Assembly (NCBI GenBank): GCA_016876035.1
Contig: VGOE01000002.1
Coordinates: 1,231-65,230 of the forward strand
Length of the DNA: 64,000 bases
DNA from: Chloroflexota bacterium
Lineage (GTDB): Bacteria > Chloroflexota > Dehalococcoidia > UBA2247 > RBG-13-53-26
Direction of reading: 5' to 3'
Shown: piece by piece, positions 26,813-37,005 of the stretch
Layout of the letters: every line of letters starts with the position of its first letter
Position numbering within the stretch: the stretch's first letter is position 1
Notes under the pieces: generated by a model
The model's database searches: none
The model's input: the letters and a program-made list of their open reading frames with translations, nothing else
What the model was told of the DNA's origin: nothing
Made by a program: the position numbers and the translations under genes

Positions 26813-27100
26813 TCTCCTTTGAAAGATAACATAACACAGTATAAGAAGGGGATTGCCCACTGTCAAAGCAGGGAAATGGGGGGTTGTTCATCAACGTGTT
26901 CGTCCTTCCCGGGAGAAGGAAAAGAATCTGGTGGGGGATGCTTCACCACCCCGCAATTGCCAAGCTCGCCTGCAGCGATCTCACAATGACGGAGGAAGGC
27001 AGCACTCACTCGAGTCATGTGAGGCTTTCGTCTTTCCTAAGAAGAGGGAACAGAATGACATTACTAGACGTTCTCGCAATGAGGCCTGACAAGGTTTATA

Positions 27101-27832
27101 ATGCTAACTGTGGCCATCAGATTGGATGTTATCGAAGAGGTAGAGCTTAGCTATGAAATACCCTATCTTACTGGCAAAGGTGAGGTGATCGATCGCACCA
27201 CCGTCTGCATTAACGAACGGAGACAGGGAGTCAACATCAGTTATGCGCTGGTGGAGTGCACAGAGGAGCACCTGGACAGTCTCTTCCCTCCGGAGGGCGT
27301 GAACACGCTGGCGCGAATGACAAAACGGATCCTGCGAGACCTGGGGATGAAGCCAGCGAGGATCATCCTGCAACTCAGAGAGCACAGCCCGGCCCACAAC
27401 TGGCACTCGTTGGAAGGGAGAGCGCCAGTCAATAAGCAGAGGGATTCGGTGCTAATCATCATCACTAAGCCTCCCTTTTTGTATAAGTTTGGACATGAAC
27501 TGGTACTGTGGCATCAAGCGATGCATGCTAAGGATAGGTGGGAGCACAGGTTTCCCTCTGCTCACCCGATGGTAGAGGCCGGTGAATGGCTGGATGCTCT
27601 GTGGCACTTTTCCATCGATGGAAGATTGGAAGGCTGGGGGAGGCCACACTACTCCAGAACTGAGCGACTGGAAGAAGCCACTAGAGTGCTCAAAGGTCTC
27701 TGTCGCGGTGAGAACCTTCAGTCCCGCGTGGGCGAGGTATGTGATCGACTTTGGGGGAAAGAGACGACCTTTGCCCAGCTACTGGACATTGGGAAGAAAC
27801 TGGGACTGGAGCCTGCTGCTGGGCTCCAGTAA
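27101..27832 (+). CDS. Hypothetical protein of 243 aa
   Basis: The long ORF has no recognisable family. It contains the His-rich segment FGHELVLWHQAMHAKDRWEH. The Shine-Dalgarno sequence is weak. Confidence 0.4.
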   Translation: MLTVAIRLDVIEEVELSYEIPYLTGKGEVIDRTTVCINERRQGVNISYALVECTEEHLDSLFPPEGVNTLARMTKRILRDLGMKPARIILQLREHSPAHNWHSLEGRAPVNKQRDSVLIIITKPPFLYKFGHELVLWHQAMHAKDRWEHRFPSAHPMVEAGEWLDALWHFSIDGRLEGWGRPHYSRTERLEEATRVLKGLCRGENLQSRVGEVCDRLWGKETTFAQLLDIGKKLGLEPAAGLQ

Positions 27833-28021
27833 CTGCTGCAGAGAAGCCAGCCTGGGGGTAGGCCAACCGTGGACATGCTTTCATATTTGCCCTTCTCCAG
27901 GAAGGGAAGAGCCTTTCGCAAGGGGAGGATCAGATGACGTTATTAAGTGACCTTTAGGATATTTGCCAAGCCAGGCCTCATGGTATATACTATGCTAGAT
28001 TATTAAGGCGGAGGTGGCTTT

Positions 28022-28234
28022 GTGGAGCATAACTGTTTTCCCAGATGCCAAAAATGTAGTGCTGGTGACCTTGTGCCCCTGTCTGATTTCGGCAGTCAAG
28101 GAGCTGCCATTCAATACAAGGCATGGGTGTGCACCAATCCCAATTGCGGCTTCAACTTGAAGATACGAAACGGGGACGTTTACATAAATGAGCCGATTAT
28201 GAGCGGCTCGATGCACAACGCCCGAGTGCGTTGA
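28022..28234 (+). CDS. Small putative zinc-ribbon protein (GTG start)
   Basis: It has Cys motifs CxxxCxxC and CxxxxC. A GGAGGT Shine-Dalgarno sequence lies 7 nt upstream of the GTG. It is directly upstream of comF. Confidence 0.35.
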   Translation: MEHNCFPRCQKCSAGDLVPLSDFGSQGAAIQYKAWVCTNPNCGFNLKIRNGDVYINEPIMSGSMHNARVR

Positions 28235-28260
28235 AATACCTCGCTGAGTGAATATAGGAT

Positions 28261-28968
28261 GTGACTTTGCGTGCCCAGCTAGACCAGCTGAAGGGCAAGG
28301 TTGTTGATTTCTTCTTTCCTGCCCATTGCCTTGGTTGTGCTGTAGAGGGGAGTTTCATCTGTACCGCGTGCCAGCGCACTTTACCGCGTCTTCTGCCACC
28401 AGTATGCCCCAAGTGCAGCAGACCCCTGATGCAAGAAGAACGCTGTCCTCTCTGTCTGAAATGGGGGTTGGAGATAGACGGTATTCGTGCTCTTTTCCTT
28501 TTGCAGGGGCTGGTACGCCAGTCCGTTCATCAGTTCAAATACAATAACCTGAAGGCGCTGTCTTTCCCTCTAGCCCGTTTGTTGGCAGACAGTCTGGAAA
28601 GCAAACCCCTGCCAGTTGAGGTCATAGTACCTGTGCCTCTTCATCCCCGACGGATACGGGAGCGAGGCTACAATCAGTCAGCGCTTCTGGCTCGGGAACT
28701 GGGTAGACTTATCGGCCTACCGGTATGGGAGGAGTCGCTCCTGAGACTGAGAAATACCCCGGCCCAAGTCAGGGCGGCTACTGCTGACGACCGACGCAGC
28801 AACGTACGTGGGGCCTTTTCGTGCTATGACGAAAGAGTGAGAGGGAAACAAGTTCTTGTTCTTGATGACGTCTGCACTACGGGAGCCACTTTGGACTCCT
28901 GTGCTGTCACCTTGAAGGCGGCTGGTGCCAGCTCAGTCTGGGGTTTAGTGTTAGCTCGGGAGGCGTGA
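28261..28968 (+). CDS. ComF-family protein (phosphoribosyltransferase domain with an N-terminal zinc finger)
   Basis: It has an N-terminal four-Cys zinc finger and a PRTase motif [14 protein letters not shown]. Confidence 0.75.
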   Translation: MTLRAQLDQLKGKVVDFFFPAHCLGCAVEGSFICTACQRTLPRLLPPVCPKCSRPLMQEERCPLCLKWGLEIDGIRALFLLQGLVRQSVHQFKYNNLKALSFPLARLLADSLESKPLPVEVIVPVPLHPRRIRERGYNQSALLARELGRLIGLPVWEESLLRLRNTPAQVRAATADDRRSNVRGAFSCYDERVRGKQVLVLDDVCTTGATLDSCAVTLKAAGASSVWGLVLAREA

Positions 28969-30194
28969 AGGTGCCACAAGTAGACCGGGAAATTCTTGAC
29001 CTGATTCGGAGGGAAGAGGAGCGGCAGTCATGTAAGCTGGTGCTCATTGCTTCTGAGAACTACGTCAGTCGAGCAGTGCTGGAAGCCCAAGGGTCTGTCC
29101 TCACCAACAAGTATGCTGAAGGCTACCCAGGACGTCGCTATTATGGTAGCTGTCAGGAAATAGATGAGGTTGAAAAAGTAGCGATAGAGAGGGCAAAGAA
29201 GCTCTTCAGCGCCGAGCATGCGAATGTCCAGCCTCATAGCGGAACCCAGGCCAATGAGGCAGCCTACCTCGCCCTGCTCAACTATGGAGATACGGTGTTG
29301 AGCATGAAGCTGACTGACGGCGGGCATCTCAGCCACGGAAGCCCAGCCAGCTTCTCCGGGAAGTGGTATCAGTTTGTTCACTATGGAGTGGATAGAGAAA
29401 CGGAAATGATTGACTACGATCAGATAGACAGCCTGGCCAAGAAGCACAGGCCAAAGCTGATTGTAGCGGGGGCCAGCTCCTATCCTAGAGTCATCGATTT
29501 TGAGAGGCTGCACCACATCGCGGAGGAGGTGGGAGCGCTGCTTATGGCGGATACGGCGCACATTGCTGGCTTAATTGCTGCTGGGGTGCATCCCTCGCCA
29601 GTACCCTGGGCGCAGGTGGTTACTTCTACTACTCACAAGACTTTGCGTGGACCGCGGGGAGGTTTTCTTCTCTGCCAGGAGAGATTCGGCCGATCCCTTG
29701 ATGCTGCGGTGTTCCCAGGCACTCAAGGTGGCCCTCTGATGCATGTCATTGCTGCCAAGGCCATCGCCTTTCGCGAAGCTATGCAACCTGACTTCGTCAA
29801 CTATCAACAAAGAGTGGTGGAAAACGCTAGGACTTTGGCCAGTGAGCTACAAAGACTGGGGTTTCGCATCGTTACCGGCGGGACTGACAATCATCTTCTG
29901 CTCGTTGATCTCCGCCCAGCGGGAGTGACAGGCAGGTTGGCAGAAGAAGTGCTCGATAGTGTGGGCATCTCGGCCAATCGGAACAGCATCCCCTTTGACC
30001 CTCTCCCACCCCAGTCTACCAGTGGTCTCAGGCTGGGCACACCAGCAGTGACTACCAGAGGTCTTGGGCCAACAGAGATGAGGCAAATTGCGTCGTTGAT
30101 ACACAAGGTGCTAGCTAGCCCGGGAGATGAGAAAGTGAAACACGCAACCTCTCGGGAGGTGACAGAACTGACGCGCCGCTTTCCGCTGCCTTGA
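28965..30194 (+). CDS. glyA: Serine hydroxymethyltransferase
   Basis: SHMT motifs are conserved throughout, including [12 protein letters not shown]. Confidence 0.95.
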   Translation: MKVPQVDREILDLIRREEERQSCKLVLIASENYVSRAVLEAQGSVLTNKYAEGYPGRRYYGSCQEIDEVEKVAIERAKKLFSAEHANVQPHSGTQANEAAYLALLNYGDTVLSMKLTDGGHLSHGSPASFSGKWYQFVHYGVDRETEMIDYDQIDSLAKKHRPKLIVAGASSYPRVIDFERLHHIAEEVGALLMADTAHIAGLIAAGVHPSPVPWAQVVTSTTHKTLRGPRGGFLLCQERFGRSLDAAVFPGTQGGPLMHVIAAKAIAFREAMQPDFVNYQQRVVENARTLASELQRLGFRIVTGGTDNHLLLVDLRPAGVTGRLAEEVLDSVGISANRNSIPFDPLPPQSTSGLRLGTPAVTTRGLGPTEMRQIASLIHKVLASPGDEKVKHATSREVTELTRRFPLP

Positions 30195-30295
30195 TGTTGT
30201 CGGTTGAGTCACTTATGTGCTATAGTTGACGTTGGCTTAAAAAAGGGATATTTTATGTCTAAGTACCAATGGAGGGAGCAAGAGCTTAACTAGTT

Positions 30296-30586
30296 ATGAG
30301 GGAATACGAGTTGACGGTGGTCTTCAGCCCTGAGATTTCTGATGAGGATATGGCCGACGAAATCGAAAAGGTCAACCGGTTGGTTACTGAAAAGGGAGGC
30401 GTTCTTAATGGCGAGGTGCAGCGGTGGGGGAAGAAGAGGTTAGCTTACCCGATACGGCGCTTCAAGGAAGGGAACTACGTGTTGACCCGGTTTAAGATTA
30501 GCCCTGGCCAGACAGCAGAGTTGGAAAGGAACTTGCATAGTCTGGAGGTAATCCTGCGTCATTTGTTGGTGAAATTAGAGGAGTGA
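30296..30586 (+). CDS. rpsF: 30S ribosomal protein S6
   Basis: The N-terminus is MREYELTVVF. It is the first gene of the rpsF-ssb-rpsR cluster. Confidence 0.9.
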   Translation: MREYELTVVFSPEISDEDMADEIEKVNRLVTEKGGVLNGEVQRWGKKRLAYPIRRFKEGNYVLTRFKISPGQTAELERNLHSLEVILRHLLVKLEE

Positions 30587-30697
30587 GGGCTCTTACTCTG
30601 TCACTCCGAGCAGTGGAGGATGATTTAGCTCCTTGCCTATCTCAGGATGGTAGGCGAGATGCCCAGGGTCCTCGCGGCGCGATTGGAGGTCAGACAG

Positions 30698-31117
30698 ATG
30701 GCTAATTTGAACAAGGTGATGATCATCGGCAATGTAGGGACTGATCCTGAGATGCGCTTCACCCCTAATGGGAATCCGGTAACTACCTTCCGTATTGCCA
30801 CCAGCCGGATCTTCACAAGCTCGGAAGGGGAGCGAAGACAAGAGACGGAGTGGTTCACGGTAGTTACCTGGAACAAGCTGGCGGAGAGCTGTAACCAGTT
30901 TCTAGCAAAAGGCAGACGAGCCTATGTGGAAGGCAGGCTGCGGACTCGGGCATGGGAGAGCCAAGACGGGCAGAAGCGAAGCCGGGTGGAGATAGTGGCA
31001 GACCGAGTCCTTTTCCTCGACAGGCAGGGGACTGCCCTGCTTCCCGAGGAGGCCAGGGTAAGTGCCGAGGAGGCCAAGGGAGGCGATGATTTGGCGGCGG
31101 AAGACCTCCCTTTCTAG
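30698..31117 (+). CDS. ssb: Single-stranded DNA-binding protein (start MANLNKVMIIGN, GGAGGT Shine-Dalgarno)
   Basis: It has an OB-fold SSB N-terminus and an acidic C-terminal tail ending DDLAAEDLPF. Confidence 0.9.
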   Translation: MANLNKVMIIGNVGTDPEMRFTPNGNPVTTFRIATSRIFTSSEGERRQETEWFTVVTWNKLAESCNQFLAKGRRAYVEGRLRTRAWESQDGQKRSRVEIVADRVLFLDRQGTALLPEEARVSAEEAKGGDDLAAEDLPF

Positions 31118-31135
31118 ATAAGGACGGGAAAGAGA

Positions 31136-31429
31136 GTGGTTAAAGGAAGAGCAAAGCCCAGGAGACCAAGCAGAGGGCAGAGATTTGTGCCCAGACGTAA
31201 GGTGTGTGTTTTCTGCGCTGACAAGAAAGAGATAGACTACAAAGCTGTGGAATCTCTACGTCGATATATATCGGACCGGGGCAAACTTGAACCGCGGCGT
31301 AGAACTGGTAACTGTGCTAAGCACCAGCGGTTTCTTGCCCAAGCAATTAAGAGGGCACGCCACTTGGCTCTACTGCCGTATACGGTAGATCATATCTACC
31401 AAATGGGAGGTTTTGGCCCGAGGGGCTAG
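31136..31429 (+). CDS. rpsR: 30S ribosomal protein S18
   Basis: It has the S18 core [24 protein letters not shown]. Confidence 0.85.
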   Translation: MVKGRAKPRRPSRGQRFVPRRKVCVFCADKKEIDYKAVESLRRYISDRGKLEPRRRTGNCAKHQRFLAQAIKRARHLALLPYTVDHIYQMGGFGPRG

Positions 31430-31507
31430 TCAAATCATCCCTTCGTTTACACCTCCATGAGCCGATTTCCCTATCAGGGTGGTGTTGTGCCTTTATGGGA
31501 GTAAGGA

Positions 31508-32824
31508 TTGCGTAAGAGGCGAAAAGAACAGCCGAAGCGGAGGATCAGTAAGGGGGGGCGGGAGAAGCGGAGACGATTTATCCTCCTGAGTGTGGTCGTA
31601 GTCGTTATCATTTCTGCCCTGGCAGTAGTTGGCTGGGGCTATTATGATACCTACGTCAAGCCGTGGCAGCGAGACATTGCCAGGGTTAATGATACGGTTT
31701 TCGGTATGCACTACTATGTAGATATGCTTCGCCTCTACGGAGCAGGACAGGGCTCCGATCCTACCCAGGATTTTCAGTTGGCCTATAATGTGGTGACGGT
31801 CATACAGAATAATGAGCTCGTGAAACAGGAAGCACAGAGGCTCGGCATCACTGTTGACCGACTTGAATTGGTAGAGGAGACCAAAAGTTACCTCAGCTTC
31901 GATCCTGACAAAGAAAGCATGGACGAGTTTGATCAGCGAATTGACGCAGCGCTGAAGCAAAGAGGTTTGTCCAGGGCAGACTTCGAGGAAATGTTCATTG
32001 TGCCGATGGTGCTGCAAAAGAAGTTGCAGGAGAATGTTGGGAATGGGAAGTACCCCGAAGATCAACTACTTCAGCATGTCAATGTTCAAGCCATGCTTCT
32101 GGGGACCAAGGAAAAGGCTTTGGAGGCCAGAAGCAAATGGGAGGGAGGGAAAGCCTTTGATCAGCTCGTCACTGAGTTTTCGCCCTCGCGGCACTACGAC
32201 TCCAGCGATTGGCTGCCTTGGGGCATCGAGAGTTACGTCTTTAACAGTTTTGCCTTCGCCGAGGGGTCAGAGAACCGTGGCATAAGCGGAGCAATGCTGC
32301 GGGATACGGCCTATTCCACGAAGGGTGGCTACTGGTTAGTGGAAGTCCTTGATACAACGGGAGTGGGTCAGCAGATGAAGTTGCATTTGAGGAGCATATT
32401 GGTGGATAGCGAAGCCACGGCCAATGAGCTCAGAGATAAGATAACAGCGGGCGATGACTTTGCTACCCTAGCTAAGGAGAACTCACTGCACACTAGCTCT
32501 CAAGCCAATGGTGGTAATATGGGAACGCTGAGCCTGAGCGACGTTGAATCACAGTTTGGCAAACAGAATCTTAATACTGTACTGGCCCTGGGTCTCAAAA
32601 ACCTTAGCCAGCCATTCTATCAGGCAGAAATCCCCAAGGACTCAGGCTACTGGCTGATAAAGGTTCTGGGCAAAGAGAAGAGGACTTTGAGCAAGGATAA
32701 CCGGTCAACGCTGGTCAGCGAGGCTTTCAGAGAATGGTTCGAAAACGCGCCAAGCGCAGAAGGAATCCGGGTAGAAAGCTACATTGACTACAGCAGGATA
32801 CGCTGGGCTTTACGTCATGTCTAA
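31508..32824 (+). CDS. Peptidyl-prolyl cis-trans isomerase, SurA/PrsA-like (PpiC-type rotamase domain), membrane-anchored
   Basis: It has an N-terminal TM helix, a SurA-N-like region and parvulin-type PPIase motifs. The probable start is a TTG at 31508 with a GGGAG Shine-Dalgarno sequence. Confidence 0.7.
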   Translation: MRKRRKEQPKRRISKGGREKRRRFILLSVVVVVIISALAVVGWGYYDTYVKPWQRDIARVNDTVFGMHYYVDMLRLYGAGQGSDPTQDFQLAYNVVTVIQNNELVKQEAQRLGITVDRLELVEETKSYLSFDPDKESMDEFDQRIDAALKQRGLSRADFEEMFIVPMVLQKKLQENVGNGKYPEDQLLQHVNVQAMLLGTKEKALEARSKWEGGKAFDQLVTEFSPSRHYDSSDWLPWGIESYVFNSFAFAEGSENRGISGAMLRDTAYSTKGGYWLVEVLDTTGVGQQMKLHLRSILVDSEATANELRDKITAGDDFATLAKENSLHTSSQANGGNMGTLSLSDVESQFGKQNLNTVLALGLKNLSQPFYQAEIPKDSGYWLIKVLGKEKRTLSKDNRSTLVSEAFREWFENAPSAEGIRVESYIDYSRIRWALRHV

Positions 32825-32841
32825 GAGAGGGCGCACTGGAG

Positions 32842-34179
32842 ATGGCGGATAGGGAAAGTATTGGCGTCGGGCTAATGGGGTTGGGGGTGGTGGGTAGTGG
32901 GGTGGCCCGAACTCTCGTGGAGAAGAATAGAGCTCTAGCCGAAGAGATAGGTTGCCGTTTAGCACTGAAGAAGATATTGGTTCGTGACCTTTCAAAGCCG
33001 CGGGCCGTGTCCCTAGAATCACCCCTTTTCACTCTAGACCCACAGCAAATCCTCAGCGATCCGGCAATACAGATCGTCATTGAAGTCATCGGCGGAGAGC
33101 AGCCGGCTGCGGCCTTTATCAAGCAGGCACTCCTGAATGGTAAGTATGTAGTCACTGCCAATAAAGAGGTGATAGCCAAGCATGGGCCTGAACTCATGGA
33201 GATAGCGCAACAAAATGGGGTGAGCCTTCTTTATGAGGCCAGTGTCGGCGGCGGCATCCCTCTGCTCCTTCCTCTGAAGCAGGGACTACCGGCCAATGAA
33301 ATCTCGGCCATCTACGCCATCATTAACGGGACCACTAACTACATTCTCACCAAGATGTCGGCTGAGGGTCTCAGTTTTCCGACGGCTCTAAAGCAGGCCC
33401 AGGAACTGGGTTATGCTGAGCCTGATGCCGCCAATGATATTGAAGGGATAGACGCTGCCTACAAGTTGGCTATCCTGGCCACTGCTGCCTTTCATACCAT
33501 TGTTCGTCCTGAAGATGTCTTCCGCCAGGGGATCGCTCGCCTGGCTGAACATGACTTCCGCTACGCCAAAGAGTTGGACTACGAAATAAAGCTTCTGGCC
33601 ATTGCCAAGAAGGTCAACGGAGCAATTGAGGTAAGGGTTCATCCCGCTTTTGTCCCCACGGACTTTTTGCTGGCCAAGGTGAGCGGCGTTTACAACGCTA
33701 TCCAAATCGAAGGTGACTTGGTGGGCAAGGTGCTGTTTTATGGTGAGGGAGCCGGCTCTCTGCCTACCTCGAGTGCTATTGTGGCCGACGTCATCGCTGC
33801 AGCCAAGAGCGTGATACAGCAAAGAGAGTTAGGAGCAAAGGGGCTATCTCGAAGTGCCAGAAGTCCCTTGATTGCTTCCCATTCCCCCTTCCTCGCGTTA
33901 GCCATCAAGCCCATATCGGAGCTACAGACCCGTTATTATCTCAGGATGAGCGTTGCCGATAGCCCCGGCGTTCTGGCTCAAATAGCCAGGGCGCTGGGCG
34001 ACCGTTCGATAAGCATCTCCTCGGTCATCCAGAAGGAAACTGACACTGATGCTCAAACCGCCGAGATAGTAATCATGACCCACCCCGCTCGAGAGGAATT
34101 TATGCGTCAGGCTTTGGAGGAGATGGAGAAACTCCCGGTAGTCAAGGAGATATGCAATCTCATCAGAGTTGAAGGGTAG
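32842..34179 (+). CDS. hom: Homoserine dehydrogenase with a C-terminal ACT domain
   Basis: It has an NAD-binding motif GLMGLGVVGSG and a C-terminal ACT domain. Confidence 0.9.
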   Translation: MADRESIGVGLMGLGVVGSGVARTLVEKNRALAEEIGCRLALKKILVRDLSKPRAVSLESPLFTLDPQQILSDPAIQIVIEVIGGEQPAAAFIKQALLNGKYVVTANKEVIAKHGPELMEIAQQNGVSLLYEASVGGGIPLLLPLKQGLPANEISAIYAIINGTTNYILTKMSAEGLSFPTALKQAQELGYAEPDAANDIEGIDAAYKLAILATAAFHTIVRPEDVFRQGIARLAEHDFRYAKELDYEIKLLAIAKKVNGAIEVRVHPAFVPTDFLLAKVSGVYNAIQIEGDLVGKVLFYGEGAGSLPTSSAIVADVIAAAKSVIQQRELGAKGLSRSARSPLIASHSPFLALAIKPISELQTRYYLRMSVADSPGVLAQIARALGDRSISISSVIQKETDTDAQTAEIVIMTHPAREEFMRQALEEMEKLPVVKEICNLIRVEG

Positions 34180-34190
34180 GTGATTAAGAG

Positions 34191-34397
34191 ATGGCAACCT
34201 GGGTTGCTGGACTGATCGTTACCGGAGAGATAATCTGCGATGGTTGTGGCAGGAGTATGAAACATCCCGAGAAGTATGCCTATGTTTGCGAAGAGGAGCA
34301 GGAGCCACTGCGGTTCTGTAAGGATTGCTCACGGGCCAAAGGATACCTCAAATCGAGAAGGGATGAAAAGGGGCGTGAGGTAGAAAGCTACCTCTAG
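34191..34397 (+). CDS. Small zinc-ribbon protein (68 aa) between hom and thrC
   Basis: It has CDGC and CKDC pairs. An AGGTGA Shine-Dalgarno sequence lies 8 nt upstream. Confidence 0.4.
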   Translation: MATWVAGLIVTGEIICDGCGRSMKHPEKYAYVCEEEQEPLRFCKDCSRAKGYLKSRRDEKGREVESYL

Positions 34398-34408
34398 AGA
34401 CGGCCGCT

Positions 34409-35458
34409 ATGGGCATAGGGGTCTTGGCTAGGTATGGCGATTTTCTCCCTGTGACGCCCGACACTCCCAAAATAACCTTGGGTGAGGGAGATACTCCTCT
34501 GGTCAGGTCGCCAAGGCTGGAAAAGGAGATAGGCTGCAAGGAACTATACTTCAAATTGGAGGGGTGCAATCCCACTGGCTCTTTCAAGGATCGGGGCATG
34601 GTGGTAGCAGTGGCCAAGGCCTTAGAGGCAAAGAGTCGTGCTATTATCTGCGCCTCTACCGGTAATACCAGTGCCTCGGCAGCAGCCTACGGAGCAGCTT
34701 TTGGGCTGAGCACCATTATCGTTGTCCCCCAGGGAAACATTGCCCTGGGTAAGCTGGCTCAAGCTATTGTTCATGGTGCGAAAGTAATCGCCGTCTCCGG
34801 TAACTTTGACCAGGCCCTGGAAATAGTGCGCCGCCTGGTGGAGAAGCATGCTGTCATCCTGGTCAACTCTGTGAATCCCTATCGCATTGAAGGGCAGAAG
34901 ACCGCTGCCTTTGAAATCGTGGACAGCCTGGGTGAGGCCCCCGACTATCAGTTCATGCCAGTAGGCAACGCTGGTAACATTACGGCCTACTGGAAAGGTT
35001 TCGTGGAGTACCGCACAGCGGGAAGGGCCAGGCAAACTCCCATAATGATGGGGTTTCAGGCAGAAGGGGCAGCACCGATTGTCAAGGGTCACAAGATCGA
35101 TCGACCGGAGACCATTGCCACAGCAATACGCATCGGCAATCCGGCTAGCTGGAAGGGTGCTGTGGCCGCCCGGGATGAGTCCGGGGGCATCATTGATTCC
35201 GTTAGCGATGAGGAGATACTCACTGCCTATCATCTCCTGGCCTCCAAGGGAGGCTTCTTCTGTGAACCGGCTTCAGCCGCCTCCTTTGCCGGTCTGATGA
35301 AGTGGTCTCGGAAGCATGACTGCTCGGCGAAAAAGATAGTTTGTATACTCACCGGAACCGGTCTAAAGGACCCAGACATTGCCATGGCGAGGGCTGCCCC
35401 CTTTGTAGAGGTTCCTGCTGAGCTTGGTAGCGTGGAAAAAGCCCTCGGCTGGAGCTAA
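34409..35458 (+). CDS. thrC: Threonine synthase
   Basis: It has a PLP-fold with a PTGSFKDRG lysine motif. Confidence 0.9.
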   Translation: MGIGVLARYGDFLPVTPDTPKITLGEGDTPLVRSPRLEKEIGCKELYFKLEGCNPTGSFKDRGMVVAVAKALEAKSRAIICASTGNTSASAAAYGAAFGLSTIIVVPQGNIALGKLAQAIVHGAKVIAVSGNFDQALEIVRRLVEKHAVILVNSVNPYRIEGQKTAAFEIVDSLGEAPDYQFMPVGNAGNITAYWKGFVEYRTAGRARQTPIMMGFQAEGAAPIVKGHKIDRPETIATAIRIGNPASWKGAVAARDESGGIIDSVSDEEILTAYHLLASKGGFFCEPASAASFAGLMKWSRKHDCSAKKIVCILTGTGLKDPDIAMARAAPFVEVPAELGSVEKALGWS

Positions 35459-35469
35459 CGGGTCAAGGG

Positions 35470-36375
35470 ATGTCTCTTCCCCACGCTAGGGTCATCGTCA
35501 ATCCTGCCTCTGGAGCGGGGGCAGTCCGAAGGAAGTGGCCACGCATTCAGAGAATGCTCAGTGAAACAGGTTTACCCTTCGACCATGAATTTACCCAGGG
35601 GGCGTTACACGGTACAGAGCTGGCTAAGGAAGCTGTCGCCAAGGGATACGAACTGGTGGTAGCGCTGGGGGGTGATGGTACCATCAACGAAGTGGTAAAC
35701 GGCCTGATAGGTCCCGCGGGTAGAAGCCAGGCAGATTTGGGCATTATCTACACCGGCACGGCCAATGACTTTGCTCGCTCCCTCGGTCTACCGAGAAATC
35801 TGAGGCAAAGTTGCTCTCTCCTGACCTCCCCCAAGAGGGTGGAGGTTGACGTTGGCGCTGTCGAATATGTTTGCCGAGGAGAGCTGAAGCAGCGCCTCTT
35901 CGTCAATGTGGCAGGTGCAGGCTTTGATGCTGCTTTTCTCCAGGCCGCCGTAACGTCGCTTAGACCTCTTGGAGCTAAACTGCCCTATGTGGCTGGTCTA
36001 TTCAAAGTTATCATGACCTTCCCCCCAAAAGACTTCCTGGTGAGCCTCAGTGATGGAACGGAAAAATGGCGTGCTCTCACAGTTCTGGTAAGCAATGGCA
36101 GATATGCAGCCACAATGCCTTTTGCCTGTGACGCCGACCTGGTGGATGGGCAATTCGAGGTCATGCCTCTTGGCTTTCTGGAGATGCTGCAAGCCGTGCC
36201 TAAGGCTTACCTCAGATTTCCTGATAGCTACGGCAAGGCCAAGTACAAGAGGTCAAGCTTTGTGCAATTGGAGTCTCAGCAATGCCTGCAGGTGGAAGCA
36301 GATGGGGAGGTCTTGGGAGAACTACCGGCGCGCATGTGGGTGCTGCCCAAGGCCCTAAGGGTGGTTGCTGGATAA
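35470..36375 (+). CDS. Diacylglycerol-kinase-family lipid kinase (DAGK_cat, YegS/DgkA-like)
   Basis: It has the GGDGT motif and GTANDFAR. Confidence 0.8.
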   Translation: MSLPHARVIVNPASGAGAVRRKWPRIQRMLSETGLPFDHEFTQGALHGTELAKEAVAKGYELVVALGGDGTINEVVNGLIGPAGRSQADLGIIYTGTANDFARSLGLPRNLRQSCSLLTSPKRVEVDVGAVEYVCRGELKQRLFVNVAGAGFDAAFLQAAVTSLRPLGAKLPYVAGLFKVIMTFPPKDFLVSLSDGTEKWRALTVLVSNGRYAATMPFACDADLVDGQFEVMPLGFLEMLQAVPKAYLRFPDSYGKAKYKRSSFVQLESQQCLQVEADGEVLGELPARMWVLPKALRVVAG

Positions 36376-36428
36376 AGAGGGACTCCAAACGAACGGATAG
36401 TCTGAACCTCATTCTGCAAGGAGGACGC

Positions 36429-36998
36429 ATGGCGATTGACCAGGCCAAGATTGAACAAGCAGTAGCCTCTATTATTGAGGCTATCGGTGACAATCCCCGA
36501 CGGCAGGGATTATTAGGCACACCGCAGCGCATCGCTGAAATGTATGCCGAGCTTTTCAGCGGTATGAACAAGGATCCTAAGGAAGAACTGGCTGTCGGTT
36601 TTGAGGAAGGGCATAGGGAAATGGTGGTGTTGAAGGATATTCCTTTTTACTCCATGTGTGAGCATCACTTGCTTCCTTTTTTCGGGGTGGCTCATGTGGG
36701 CTATATTCCTAACATGAATGGTCGGGTCGTGGGAGCTAGCAAAATAGCCAGGGTTGTGGAAATTATTGCTCACCGTCCTCAGCTTCAGGAGCGGATGACC
36801 ACCCAGATTGCCGAAGCTATCCTCGAGGCTATCCAGCCAGAGGGTGTCGCTGTCATTATCCAGGCGGAGCACCTGTGCATGACCATGCGGGGGATAAAGA
36901 AGCCGGGCAGTAACATCGTGACCTCAGCCAACAGGGGTCTCTTCCGCCAGAAACCCGCCACCAGAGCCGAGTTTCTGTCTCTGGTGCAAGGGAAGTAG
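36429..36998 (+). CDS. folE: GTP cyclohydrolase I (start trimmed to MAIDQAK with a CAAGGAGGA Shine-Dalgarno sequence)
   Basis: It has the [10 protein letters not shown] and CEHHLLPF motifs. Confidence 0.9.
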   Translation: MAIDQAKIEQAVASIIEAIGDNPRRQGLLGTPQRIAEMYAELFSGMNKDPKEELAVGFEEGHREMVVLKDIPFYSMCEHHLLPFFGVAHVGYIPNMNGRVVGASKIARVVEIIAHRPQLQERMTTQIAEAILEAIQPEGVAVIIQAEHLCMTMRGIKKPGSNIVTSANRGLFRQKPATRAEFLSLVQGK

Positions 36999-37005
36999 TA
37001 GCCTC

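Noticed and set aside
26813-26866. An N-terminal extension of 18 aa on the TilS ORF
   Set aside because: Met19 is preceded by AGGAG, and the conserved TilS sequence begins shortly after it. The extension is hydrophobic and unconserved-looking.
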